The notes beneath the pieces were generated by a model that had not been told where the DNA came from, did no database searches, and worked only from the letters and a program-made list of their open reading frames with translations. Positions 12,103 to 23,426 of a stretch of DNA of 64,000 nucleotides are shown one piece after another (position 1 is the first letter of the stretch; every line of letters begins with the position of its first letter). Where the stretch lies: NCBI GenBank assembly GCA_964016885.1, contig OZ024740.1, positions 62,372,001 through 62,436,000 on the forward strand. Reading direction: 5' to 3'. The DNA is from Eledone cirrhosa (Eukaryota). The translations under genes and the position numbers were made by a program.

Positions 12103-13348
12103 ATGCTTCTTTTGTCACATCAATTTCGGTGGGGAGGTGTTGTATGGACTGGGAATCGAACTCACAACCTCATTGTTGTATGGACTGTTAAATTCGATTT
12201 GTTCAATTTACACGTGCTCACACATTTGCATATGAATCACGTGACCTGGACAGTCAGTCAGCGTTGGTATTAAAAACTCGGTCACAGACTGCTACTGACT
12301 TACTTTATGTTATTCTGCTACTGCGAGGAAGGGCGTTTTAGTTGTTTCGCAAATTACACAAATTATTTGATATAACTTGTTGTGTTTTCTCTGCGAGTAC
12401 CGAGAGGAATACAACACCACTAGTCTTGCAGGTCTTGAAAAGGGCCATGGATAACCTTGGTCTCTCCTTGACATGAAGAAAAAAATAAAAGAGAATGTTT
12501 GTTGCATGGGCAAAATATTATGTTTTCTGACTTGAGAAACCCCAGGTTAAGTTTTCTAGTTTGGAAAATATTATTCAGATTGTACCATTGTGGTGTGCAC
12601 TGATTCTAATCAACATTCTGTAAAGTCTGGTGTACTCAAGTTTGCCTTTCATTATTTTGAGGTCAATGAAATAAATTAGAACCAGTTTAGAGCAGTCAAT
12701 TGACAGAGTTGTTACGGCATCAAATGAAATGCTTTGCGTTATTTGTTCTGGCTCTTTGTGTTCTGAGCTCAAATCTTGCTGTGGCCTTCTTAATCTGTCA
12801 CCTGGTTTAACATTACTAGTTGGCCATTGGGTGCTTTTGATGGAACCCAATCTGTTGCAAGTCAAGTTTCCAGTTTCAGGCTATCTTCCTCTTTCCCACT
12901 GGTTTTGAATGCAGGAAAGAAAGATCATGGACACAACCTTTCCTTCCTTGACTATACAGTAAAAACTTTTTTTAAAAGGGATGAGATATAAATATCCCCC
13001 TTGATGAGAAGCCAGTCTATCACATGTGACTTCCCTTGCTGATTTGATACTCACTAAATTTTTTGAACAGTGTGTGAGGTTGGCAAATATGGCATGGGCC
13101 TACTCTAAGCATACTTCTGTAGGTAAAGAAAATCACAGTAAAAAGAAGGCACTTGGCCTTGGCGGTCAGAGTGATCTGTTGGAGTCTTTGATTGGCTTTA
13201 GGCAGCTGGTTCCCATCCCCTGTTGGTATTCTTTTGTTATCTCTTGTTTTTGTTAATTTCATTTTACATGTATGTCAACCCCTGTCTTTTGTACGGCTCT
13301 ATTTGTCTTTGATCCCTTGTGGCTAATAAAGAAATTCTTATTTTTTAG

Positions 13349-13411
13349 AATGACCAAAAACGGCAATGTTTAGGACTTCTGAATTATGACAGAGGTTGTG
13401 AATGGAAACAG
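13349..13411 (+). CDS. Host gene, coding exon 2 (NDQKRQCLGLLNYDRGCEWKQ)
   Basis: TTTTTTAG acceptor, CAG|GTAAGT donor, 63 nt open, phase 0/0. Confidence 0.72.
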
Positions 13412-13888
13412 GTAAGTTTGATGCACACATATACACACACACACCTATATTGATTAAGTATGTTGAAATCTTGTTTGGAATCTGGACTCATACTGTAAAA
13501 ATATGTATGTGTAGGAAAAAAGATAGTGTAGAAAACAGATATGTGCATTTTTGACTTGAATTTTTATGGTGTTATATCTGAAATCTTAGAGTGAGAGGGT
13601 GAAAAAAGTAAAAGTATGATGGGAGAATCAGTAATTGGGGTGAGAGGGTGGTAGAGAAGGGGTAATGGGAAAGAGACAATGATGGTAGGAAGTATTGAAA
13701 GAAGCAGTATCATAATTTTGCTTTCATGGTAAATAAATTTGAAGCCATGTGGCTGTGTTAGAAATCAATAATCTGGTTCTATAATCACCCAGCTATTATG
13801 TTATTCAAGAGGATGGATGGTCAAATATCAAGAATAATTCAGTAAGAGGCCAGGAGTTAGTATTTTGCTGTCATTGCTGTGCTGTGTG

Positions 13889-14140
13889 TGAAGGTATGTA
13901 GCCTAGTGGTAAGGGTGTTGGACTTACAATTGTAATGTTGTTGGTTCGATTCCTGGGCTCGGATGTGTGTTGTGTTCTTGAGCAAAAACACTTCATTTCA
14001 CGTTGCTCCAGTATACTCAGCTGAAAATAAGTATGAGTAAAAGCTGAGGGTTTAACTCTGTGTCCTCTCCAGGAGGGAGTTTTGTACTCTCAGTTGCTTC
14101 ACGCCATGAAACTGGGATAAGCACTGACTCAACATGTTGC
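13889..14140 (+). mobile_element. tRNA-derived SINE, second family
   Basis: A-box TAGCCTAGTGG, B-box GGTTCGATTCC, then the TTGTGTTCTTGAGCAA core. Confidence 0.8.
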
Positions 14141-16239
14141 TTGCAGGCATGAGAGCATGCATACTGTGCTGTGTCCTTCAAGACATTTCAACTTGTGTAA
14201 TCTCTCGTGGGTATTATTTTTTTCTTTTACTGGTTTCAGTCATTAGATTATGGTCATCATGGCGTGCTATCTTGAAGGGATTTAGTCAATCACATGGGCA
14301 CCTATACTTATTTTTTCCATATCTGTTACTTATTTTATTGATCTCTTCCTTTGTCAAACTGCTAAATTACCAAACATAAACAAGTAGTAAATGTAAACAC
14401 AAGCATAGGCACATGCTCACACATACATTAGACTTTCACTTGTTTTCCGTGTACTAAATTCCATTCAGAAGGCATTGGTTAAACCAAGGCTATAGTCAAA
14501 GATACTTGTTCAAGGAAGATGCAGTAGAACTGAACTCAAAACCACATAGTTGTGGTGCAAACTAGTTAGCCACACAACCATGTCTGTAATTTATTTTTTT
14601 AAGCAGTGGTAGCACACCTTATAATTAAAGGATTATTTGTTAGCTTAAAGATTTGAGTTTATTTTTATCCCTGGAAAATGATTACCTACACTAGACCAGT
14701 GTCATCTATAGAGGAATATTCTTTTCTCATCTGTCTAATGTTACAGAAACCAGTATTTAGCACTGGCCAAGCAGATCATGCAGGTTTATGAAAGTAAATA
14801 ATATGATAAAAGCACTTAATACATTCTGTATGTATGTGTATAAGCCTGTCACATACAGAATTTCCTAACTGAACACCATTAGTTCATTTTACATCAATAT
14901 TTCTATTATAATTATTTAATGACTGAAGAGATGTAATGTCGGATATTTTAACTTATAAAAAGTATATAACTAATGCATCTTCATTAGTGTTGCTATCCTA
15001 ATAACATGAACCTGTGTACACACAAAGATAGTGTAGAGTTGAGAGAACCCTTTAGTTCTGCTAAGGACACAATAATCTCCCTAGTGTTGGTGCCACGATA
15101 AAATGTACACTGTAAAGTGGTTTGTTTTAGGTAAAGCCTCCATAGAAACCATGCCAAAAAACAATATACAAGTAAGACATGGTGCGTTGACTCATCTCGT
15201 AGGGTTGTAACTCAGAATAAGAACTGACTTGAATTGTTATGATCCATTCAACCACTGACAGCATGAAAGATAGACATAAAAAAATGATGATGATGACTGC
15301 AAAGTATTTTGTCTTGTGATTTCCTGATTCTGCCATTCACTGTCTATACAAATGTAGTAATAACCTGTCCGAAACCGCCATAATTTTATGATACAAAACT
15401 GTACATTTTAAAATGTTTGTACTAAATATTCAAACTTTCCATCATAATTATATTTAAGAAGTTTAGTTAAGTAATGTTTCAAGCATCCTGAAAAATTTAA
15501 TTCTTTAAAATTTTAAATTATTGTAAAACACATGTATTTCAATGTTTCATTAAAAATACTGTTGCAAAAGGGCTAAGCACACCACAGCAGGCTTTAGAGG
15601 AGGTTGTATTCGATTAAATTCGTTCAACAATTTGTCTGATGTTTCAATTTTTAACGACTCTCAGAACAGAATGCTGAAAAGCAAAGTTCATCCCAGTGGA
15701 CTTTCAATTCAAAACAAAAAGGGACGTAATAATGTGTTGCACCTTTCAGTAAGGGACATAACTATTGCTAGAATAGTTTCCGTTTTACATGAAGAGGGAC
15801 GATAGGCTGTTATCACAACTACTTCAGCAAATAAATCTGCTCTCCAACCACTGATACATATTTAACAATGTAGTAAATAAGCATAAAACAACAAAAGCAA
15901 AACCAAAAATTGCAACAATAAAGAAGTTTCATTTTATTGTTAGGTTTTTCTTTTCCTTTTTAAATTCACTTTCATTTCATCATCTTATTTTACATACCTA
16001 AAGCAAAACATCACCTGTAATTTTATTATGCTTAAACATTTTGATACCAAACTACCTGAAACCACCCCTGTTTATACAATTCAAAACTGTTTATTTTGAT
16101 GGGTTTATATTTATCTAAAAGCCTTCCATCTTAATTTTATGTAAGAACCTTGGTTAAGTTTTGTACAAAATTTTTAATTTTTAATTATCTTATCTGGTGA
16201 TGCTTAAGCTGTGTGTGTGACCGTGAAACATACATATAT

Positions 16240-16370
16240 ACCAGGTTCGAACACAAAAGGACCAAACTCCCACTGTCACTGCCTCCGTCTCTCATGCTCT
16301 TCCCATCTCTCACTATTGTGAGCAAATGGGGGCCCACACGGTGGCCACCCTGTTGCCCTAGAGGACAGAA
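16240..16370 (-). mobile_element. 3' end fragment of the CRE-like non-LTR element
   Basis: Similar to 47010-47135 (CCAGG..AACACAAA.GGACCAAA.TCCCA.TGTCACTG.CTCCGTCTCTC). Confidence 0.7.
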
Positions 16371-16510
16371 GTTATGCTTCAAAACAGAGAAAGTTAGAAC
16401 TAAATTCATTCAAATTTTTTATTATTTTCAAAATGCTTTGAAAGTCACGGCCACTGTATTTCGTAATTATTATTGTTCTTTTTCTTACATTTAAGCACTC
16501 ATCAGTTTAA

Positions 16511-16719
16511 CCCTTTAGCATTTAAACTGGCCATATCTGGCTAGATTTCTCTCACCTCTTTCTGTTCAAACTGGTTGTAACCAGCCACTCATGCTGATGT
16601 TAAGATATTGTTCTTAAAATAAATAATATCAAAATCTCATAGATTCAATATTATGGGATATAAAGCCTTTATCATGAAAATATAATAGTAAATATAGAGT
16701 AAATGTAAATGCTAAAGGG
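16511..16719. mobile_element. piggyBac-like MITE
   Basis: TIRs CCCTTTAGCATTTA / TAAATGCTAAAGGG with TTAA on both sides. A second copy lies at 54984-55177. Confidence 0.88.
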
Positions 16720-16776
16720 TTAAATGAACTTCATCAGTGAAAAACATTAAAACCTTGTTTTGGTTTGTCTTTTTAG

Positions 16777-17034
16777 GAAGAATCTGTTGCAGAAGTAAAC
16801 CTAGCTGTAGATATGGAGGAGAATATGGAAGAAGATGAAGTTAGCAATGGCTGTGGAATGATGCAGTTAGAAAATAGCAACAACGGTATTAGCAACAACA
16901 ATATTAGTGGTGTAAACAATAATAATAATAATTGTTATCACCATCAACAGCATCAACAACATCAGAAGAATGCATCAACAGATATTACTTCATTTGAGGA
17001 AATTCCATTCGTCCAGGATCCAGAGCCCCATGAG
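16777..17034 (+). CDS. Host gene, coding exon 3 (acidic and N/Q/H-rich low-complexity segment)
   Basis: TTTTTAG acceptor, GAG|GTGAGA donor, 258 nt open (EESVAEVNL...QDPEPHE), phase 0/0. Confidence 0.8.
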
Positions 17035-17261
17035 GTGAGAAGTCATACTCTGTTAACCCTTGCATGAAACCATCCCGGGTTCTGTGATGCATTTATATCA
17101 TCATCATCACCGTTTAACATCTATTTTTCCATGCTTGCATGGGTTAGTTGGGTTGTCCACATTATGAGACAAGTCTGGCCACTTGGCCACGCCATACCTT
17201 GCTCAAATGAAACTGTATTTTGACTGAGATTTTTACAGCCAGATGCTCTTCCTAACACGAA

Positions 17262-17292
<31 letters not shown>

Positions 17293-17310
17293 AATATATA
17301 TATATATCAT

Positions 17311-20300
17311 CATGGACCCCACTCAATCATTACCTTCTTGCTAGCTATTTTCAAACCTTAATTCCTAACGTATTTTCAAACCTCAATCCCAAATTCTAGC
17401 GTATCTTCAAAACAAAAAAACAAAATCCTTTCCTTCTTCCTTCTTCGAAGGCACGGGGCGGTCAAACGCCTAACACTCACAGCCATCATATGGCCCCCTC
17501 CCCTCGCTCTCTCTCACTCTCTCTCTCTCTCTATAAATATATGATAGGAATTCACTTCGCCAAATTTCATTTCATTGCTTGCTGGCCACGATATCCATGT
17601 AAACGTAATGTACAGACTTCATCTCTCTCCCTCCACAAATCTTAATCCTAGCGTATTTTCAAAACAATCCATATTTCGTATCAAGTCCAAATAGCCAATC
17701 TATCGCTAAAACAAACTACATTTTCTGTTTCTATTAATTGCTAAATACGTAGGTTTTTGGACGTATTTAACAGAACAAATTTTGTATTTTTGTTAATCGC
17801 TTGTTAAATGCATGGACCCCACTCAATCATTACCTTCTTGCTAGCTACCCAACACCCCTCCCTCCCACCCCCACGCACCACCATTGCTATTACGTGGACC
17901 AATCATAAAACAGAGCCCCCACGCATCACCAGTATTATTACGCGGATCAATCAGAAACCAGAGGCCTATACTATCGCTTGCCTGGTTGCCTTTCGATATA
18001 CGATATATGATGGATGGATGGACTGCGGAATCCTGGAGAGTGGAGGTGAGAGAGAAAAATCTGGACGCTCAGCGACAATGCCAAAGATAAAGACAAATTC
18101 ACCTCTTGGACGAGAATGCGAGCACTCCTCATTGTTTCGACCGCGGACGGCTAACATAACCCCATCGCCCCCCGCCCCTCACCGCCCCCAACCCCCAAAC
18201 GCAATCCAAAACTTCAGAGTTGGTACCATAAATGTAGGCACCCTAAAGGGTCGCGCTAACGAGGTTGTAGAAATGCTTGAACGTAAGGAGGTCGATGTTT
18301 GTTGTATTCAAGAGACCAGGTGGAGGGGTGGGTCTGCTAGGTTCATTGAGGGTAAAAAACGATGTTATAAGCTTTTCTGGGTGGGAAACGATGATGGGCT
18401 GGGTGGAGTAGGAATCATGGTAGCAGAAAAGTGGGCAGATAAGATAATAGACGTAAATAGAGTGAACGACAGAATAATTAAAATACGACTTGTCCTCAAT
18501 AGAACTACGGTGACAGTAATATCTGCGTACGCACCCCAATCCGGACTGCCCGGCACTATAAAAGACAGATTCTATGAGACACTGATGCTAACTACCTCCC
18601 AAATATCCGACAGTGACTATATAATTATCGCAGGCGACCTAAATGGTCACGTTGGACAACATTGTGACGGCTACGACGAAATCCATGGAGGCTATGGGTT
18701 TGGTACTAGAAATGAGGAAGGCGCCAGAATCCTGGAATTCTGTGATGCAAATAACCTAACTATCTGTAACACTAACTTCAAAAAACGTGACAATCACCTG
18801 ATCACCTATAGATCCGGGGAACACACAAGCCAGGTAGATTATATCCTTACCAGAAGACGTGACAGAGTGTCTGTTGTTAACACTAAATCCCTCCCCCATG
18901 AAGAATGCACCTCCCAACATAGACTGATAATTAGCGACCTCATAGTCAGGACGAGACGTACTCGACAACAGAAGAGGACTATCCTCAGGAGGAAAATATG
19001 GAAGCTAAAGGACCCCACAGCCAGGAATAAATTTCAAAGCATATTACTTGATGCTTTCGACAGTAAGGAAGAACATTTAGAGTCGGACAATATAGAGGGA
19101 GAGTGGGAATTTCTGAAAGCAAACCTGCTGTTGGCGACAGACGAGGTCTGTGGCTGGAGCAGGCCTGTAGGCAGGAGGAGAGTAACATGGTGGTGGAACA
19201 GTAAGGTGGAGGGGTCAATTAAGGCCAAAAAGCAGGCTTGGAAAGTATGGCGGGATGGGGGAAGTAGAGAGGACTATCAAGTGGCCAGGAGGGAAGCTAG
19301 GAGACAAGTGTACTTAGCAAGAAGGGAAGCTGAGGAAAGAAAGTTCAAGCATGTTCTACAACGCGATGACCAAAAACGTGAGGTGTTCAGGATTGCTAGG
19401 CAATGCGTCAAGGAAAACCGTGATATTGTCGGGGAGAAGTGTGTACTAAACGACGATGGCACACTTGCCATCACCGACGCTGATAAGAAGGTAGCTTGGA
19501 AGTGTCACTATGAAAGGCTACTAAATGAGGAGAATAATTGGGAGAAAGGCAGTCTCCCCCATATCGACCCAATAGAGGGACCAGCAGTGTTAGTCGAGGG
19601 GAGTATAATAAGTAAGGCAATCAAGGATATGAAGACTGGTAAGGCGGCTGGGCCTTCGGAAATAGTTGCTGAGATGCTGAAGGCATCTGGCACGGTGGGA
19701 CACACCATGGTCACCCGCATAGTTAACCAAGTCGTACAGAATGGGGTTGTTCCGAAGGACTGGCATAGCAGCATCATCGTTAACTGTTATAAGGGTAAAG
19801 GAGACGCCCTAGATAGGAGTAACTATAGAGGCATTAAATTAATCGACCAGGTCATGAAGGTCACGGAAAAAGTAATAGCGCAACTAATCAGAGAGAGAAT
19901 TGACCTAGATGAAATGCAGTTCGGGTTTGTGTCAGGCAAAAGTACCACAGACGCTCTTTTCATAGTACGACAACTACAGGAGAAGTACCTAGCTAAAGGT
20001 AAACCCCTCTACTTAGCTTTTGTCGACTTGGAGAAAGCCTTCGACAGAGTCCCCCGCTCCATTATCTGGTGGGCTCTTAGAAAACTAGGCGTTGACGAAT
20101 GGCTTGTGAGGGCTATACAAGCCATGTATAAAGAAACAGTCAGCAAGGTTAGAATTAACAACGAATATAGTGAAGAGTTTAGCGTAAAAGTTGGCGTCCA
20201 TCAGGGCTCTGTTCTCAGTCCACTACTATTTATTATTGCCCTTCAGGCTATAACAGAGGAGTTCAAGACAGGCTGCCCATGGGAACTCCTATACGCAGAC

Positions 20301-21337
20301 GACCTGACACTCATAGCGGAATCAATGGCCGAGCTAGAGAAGAAATTCCAAACATGGAAGCACGGCCTAGAGTCAAAAGGACTTAAAATTAACCTGGCTA
20401 AGACCAAAGTACTAGTTTGTAGGAAAGAAAACAAGGCGGCGGTCCCTTCTGGGAAATGGTCGTGCTCGGTGTGTAGGAAAGGCGTAGGTAGAAACTCCAT
20501 TTTATGTCCTAAATGCAAAGTATGGGTGCATAAAAGATGTAGTGGGATCACAGGTAAGCTAACTAAGAACATAGATTTTACATGTGGCCGGTGCTCTGGT
20601 GCAATAAGTAGCAGCAAGTGCCCACAAACTACTAGCTCTTTCAATTGCGCAGAGGGTTCTATAGAAATAGTGGACAGCTTCCGTTACCTGGGCGATAAAA
20701 TCAGCAGTGGGGGAGGGTGCTCTGAAAGTACTGTAGCTAGAGTCAGAACTGGTTGGAAAAAGTTCAGAGAGCTTATACCACTATTAGCTGCTAAAGGGTT
20801 CTCACTAAAAATGAAAGGCAGGTTGTACGATGCCTGCATACGAACAGCAATGCTGCATGGCAGTGAGACCTGGGCATTGTGTGCAGAGGATATACGCAGA
20901 CTAGAGAGGAACGAAGCTTGCATGCTCCGCTGGATGTGTAACAGTAATATACGTGAACGGCAAAGCATAAACGAACTAAGGAAAAAATTAGAGATAAGAG
21001 GGATCAGATGTTGTTTACTCGAGAGAAGGCTACGTTGGTATGGACACGTGATGCGCATGAAAGTCGATAGCTGTATAACAAAGTGCAGGGCAATAAAGAT
21101 AGACGGTAGTCACGGAATAGGCAGACCTAGAAAAACCTGGGACGAGCTGATAAACTCCGACATCACACACTTACACCTCTCCAAGACAATGTCACTGGAC
21201 CGAGACCTTTGGCGGTACTCAGTAACAGAGAAGACCCGCCTTACCTAAATATATAGTAAAACCTACTCCAGCCAGTAGGCATCTCTAACAAAATACACCC
21301 CGTCCCACCACCACCACCCGATCCACACCACCCCGTT

Positions 21338-21409
<72 letters not shown>

Positions 21410-21542
21410 AATGAGGGTTTTTAGAATAGGCACACCATATCTCTGCATGTGGTAAGAGGTGACAAACGAGGTTGGCATCAGGAGAGCATCCAGCTATAAA
21501 ACATTGTCTGAAACCAACCAATTCAAACCCATGCTAGCAAGG
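17311..21542 (+). mobile_element. Apparently full-length RTE-clade LINE (ends approximate)
   Basis: Starts after (TA)n with a duplicated 37-bp leader motif, has a single long ORF, and carries 3' sequence shared with RTE/SINE tails in the window. Confidence 0.85.
17808..21248 (+). CDS. Intact RTE ORF: APE endonuclease, reverse transcriptase and embedded PHD finger (1146 aa)
   Basis: EN motifs: GTINV, IQETRW, SAYAPQ, AGDLNGHVG, VDYIL, SQH. RT motifs: QFGF, FVDLEKAFD, GVHQGSVLSP, LYADD, FRYLG. C4HC3 at 20463-20594. No stops or frameshifts. Confidence 0.97.
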   Translation: MHGPHSIITFLLATQHPSLPPPRTTIAITWTNHKTEPPRITSIITRINQKPEAYTIACLVAFRYTIYDGWMDCGILESGGEREKSGRSATMPKIKTNSPLGRECEHSSLFRPRTANITPSPPAPHRPQPPNAIQNFRVGTINVGTLKGRANEVVEMLERKEVDVCCIQETRWRGGSARFIEGKKRCYKLFWVGNDDGLGGVGIMVAEKWADKIIDVNRVNDRIIKIRLVLNRTTVTVISAYAPQSGLPGTIKDRFYETLMLTTSQISDSDYIIIAGDLNGHVGQHCDGYDEIHGGYGFGTRNEEGARILEFCDANNLTICNTNFKKRDNHLITYRSGEHTSQVDYILTRRRDRVSVVNTKSLPHEECTSQHRLIISDLIVRTRRTRQQKRTILRRKIWKLKDPTARNKFQSILLDAFDSKEEHLESDNIEGEWEFLKANLLLATDEVCGWSRPVGRRRVTWWWNSKVEGSIKAKKQAWKVWRDGGSREDYQVARREARRQVYLARREAEERKFKHVLQRDDQKREVFRIARQCVKENRDIVGEKCVLNDDGTLAITDADKKVAWKCHYERLLNEENNWEKGSLPHIDPIEGPAVLVEGSIISKAIKDMKTGKAAGPSEIVAEMLKASGTVGHTMVTRIVNQVVQNGVVPKDWHSSIIVNCYKGKGDALDRSNYRGIKLIDQVMKVTEKVIAQLIRERIDLDEMQFGFVSGKSTTDALFIVRQLQEKYLAKGKPLYLAFVDLEKAFDRVPRSIIWWALRKLGVDEWLVRAIQAMYKETVSKVRINNEYSEEFSVKVGVHQGSVLSPLLFIIALQAITEEFKTGCPWELLYADDLTLIAESMAELEKKFQTWKHGLESKGLKINLAKTKVLVCRKENKAAVPSGKWSCSVCRKGVGRNSILCPKCKVWVHKRCSGITGKLTKNIDFTCGRCSGAISSSKCPQTTSSFNCAEGSIEIVDSFRYLGDKISSGGGCSESTVARVRTGWKKFRELIPLLAAKGFSLKMKGRLYDACIRTAMLHGSETWALCAEDIRRLERNEACMLRWMCNSNIRERQSINELRKKLEIRGIRCCLLERRLRWYGHVMRMKVDSCITKCRAIKIDGSHGIGRPRKTWDELINSDITHLHLSKTMSLDRDLWRYSVTEKTRLT

Positions 21543-21734
21543 TCATTTACATTATAAAAATTCTTTACCTAATGGCTAAGCTTAAATCGTATTGAAATAG
21601 TTAAGCTTATCCAGCAGACAAAAATCCCTATGATAAAATCTACACTCTACTTTCCTTAAGTATCGGGTAGTAAATTGAATAATAGTCTTATTGGTCTTAA
21701 CTACTTACATTTCATCCATATATATATATATATA

Positions 21735-21796
21735 CGTCCCACCCTTGCAAGCAGGGAAAAGCGGACGTAAAATGATGATGATGATGATGATGATGA

Positions 21797-21797
<1 letters not shown>
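21735..21797 (+). mobile_element. Extremely 5'-truncated RTE 3' end inside (TA)n
   Basis: CGTCCCACCCTTGCAAGCAGGGAAAAGCGGACGTAAAA(TGA)n is nearly identical to 6176-6231. Confidence 0.85.
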
Positions 21798-21854
<57 letters not shown>

Positions 21855-21992
21855 ATGTGTGGATGAGATGTTATTAGTCAAAACAGGTAAGCCCATTATT
21901 CAATATATATATATATATCAGAAAGGGTGTGGTAAAATACCAGGTGGACCATAACCAACCAGAGTACTCGATACTTGGGGTAGTAGAGTGGG

Positions 21993-22112
21993 TATATGAA
22001 AAGATGCAGGACCCGGATGGCTGAGCTCTGGCCGTTTTGACAGCTAGATCCATTCGGATCTAGACCCCAATGGCTGAGCTCCGGCCGTCAGAGTCCTGAA
22101 TCTTTTCATATA
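21993..22112. repeat. Inverted repeat built from hammerhead/pLTR-like sequence
   Basis: TATATGAAAAGATGCAGGACCCGGATGGC pairs with GCCGTCAGAGTCCTGAATCTTTTCATATA. The internal GGCTGAGCTC.GGCCG motif is shared with 51833-51870. Confidence 0.7.
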
Positions 22113-23304
22113 TATATAAATATAAACCTTCCATGATAATTGTATGTAAGAAACTTTGTTTAAATAAGTTCCAATTCTATATTATAAAAGAAGAGCAGTT
22201 TCTCTGTCTGTCACATTTATAAGTATATATATGTATAGAAAATATATATATTTTTAGACAGTGCAACACAGACTTAAAAAAAAGCTTTCACAATGACAGG
22301 TTGTAGTTGTTATTGAGAGAGAAATACAGTGAGAGAAAGAGGGAGAGAAAGATAGATAGAATTAAAATTTGTTTCAAGAAAAACAACAGGTTCTTGTTGA
22401 AAAAGAAATACAGTGAGAGAGAGTGTGTGTCTAAAAGATAGATAGATAAGTAGAGAGTGTTGTCACCATAGTAACTAATGAGTTTTGATTGAAATCAGAA
22501 TTTTAAGTGTATGTTTGCCAACATGTAGAAACTTGTGTGTGTTTATGTTTCTGTGTGTCCAGCAACATATAGACAACACAACACAGACTTCGATAAAAAG
22601 ACCATGTAATTTGTCCATCACACTTATATTCTTTTACCTGTTTCAGCCATAAAATACATATAGTTATTTTTGGTTGTTTGTGTGTGTGTATTTTACCAGA
22701 AGTGTAGTGACCTAGTACCAGATAAATAATGAGAAAGTTAGTTATATTTCTAAATGCCTCTTGATCATTTAACCAGTTATTTGAAAATTATCGATAATGT
22801 CTTTCATTAAAAATATGTTAGAAATATAGTAAATAATGGGGTTAAACCAAAAAATGTTACTACGGTCAGGTTGTCGCCCAACTTTAGTCCGCCTTTCTTG
22901 TTATGCTACAGCCGGCAAGTGCTTAGTTATGGTTCCTTTTCAATGTATGAAATAAAAAAAATCAAATTTGCTCTTATAATATTACATTTTTTCAGTGTAA
23001 TTTATTTTGATTTAATATCACCATCATCATTATTTTGCATCTGTTTTCCTTGTCTGAGACAAGAAATGTTCAGATAACCATGCTTTGCTCATATGTTTCA
23101 TCTTAAGACATTGTTTCTATGGCTGGATGCCTTTTATAATGTCAACCACTTTATCAAGTATACTCTGGGTACATTTAATTGTGGCACCAGCACTACCACT
23201 TTACAGAATATAATGTAATATTAACAATATTTGATTTAAAACAAAATTTTTTCTTTTCTTTTCTTATCTATTAATTCATTAATTGCTTTTGTTTTGTTTT
23301 GCAG

Positions 23305-23426
23305 CAGAAAACAGAGTTCAAACCAAAAGAGTCTTATCAAATACAATCTGCGACTTCATCATCTTCAACACCAACTTATTATCAGAAATTTAATACCACT
23401 TTAGGGCCAGCAGATAGGTTCTGTGT
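23305..23426 (+). CDS. Host gene, coding exon 4 (QKTEFKPK...GPADRFCV)
   Basis: Long pyrimidine tract, GCAGCAG (NAGNAG) acceptor, GTAAGT donor at 23427. Phase 0 in, phase 2 out. Confidence 0.8.

Larger units (their letters stand above)
7357..12416 (+). mobile_element. Full-length Ty3/Gypsy LTR retrotransposon (element 1)
   Basis: 279-bp LTRs at 7357-7635 and 12138-12416 (TG...CA, about 3 differences). 5-bp TSD CCACT. PBS-like TGGCGTCGACGATAGGAT after the 5' LTR, PPT GGTGGGGAGG before the 3' LTR. Domain order gag-PR-RT-RH-IN. Confidence 0.97.

Noticed and set aside
13349-13411. Assigning the host gene to a named vertebrate small-protein family from its KRxC...RGC motif
   Set aside because: The resemblance is limited to a few residues recalled from memory and the C-terminus does not match. 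No symbol assigned without a search.
13889-13960. Functional tRNA genes at A/B-box motifs
   Set aside because: They are degenerate heads of SINEs followed by the SINE core, with no intact cloverleaf.
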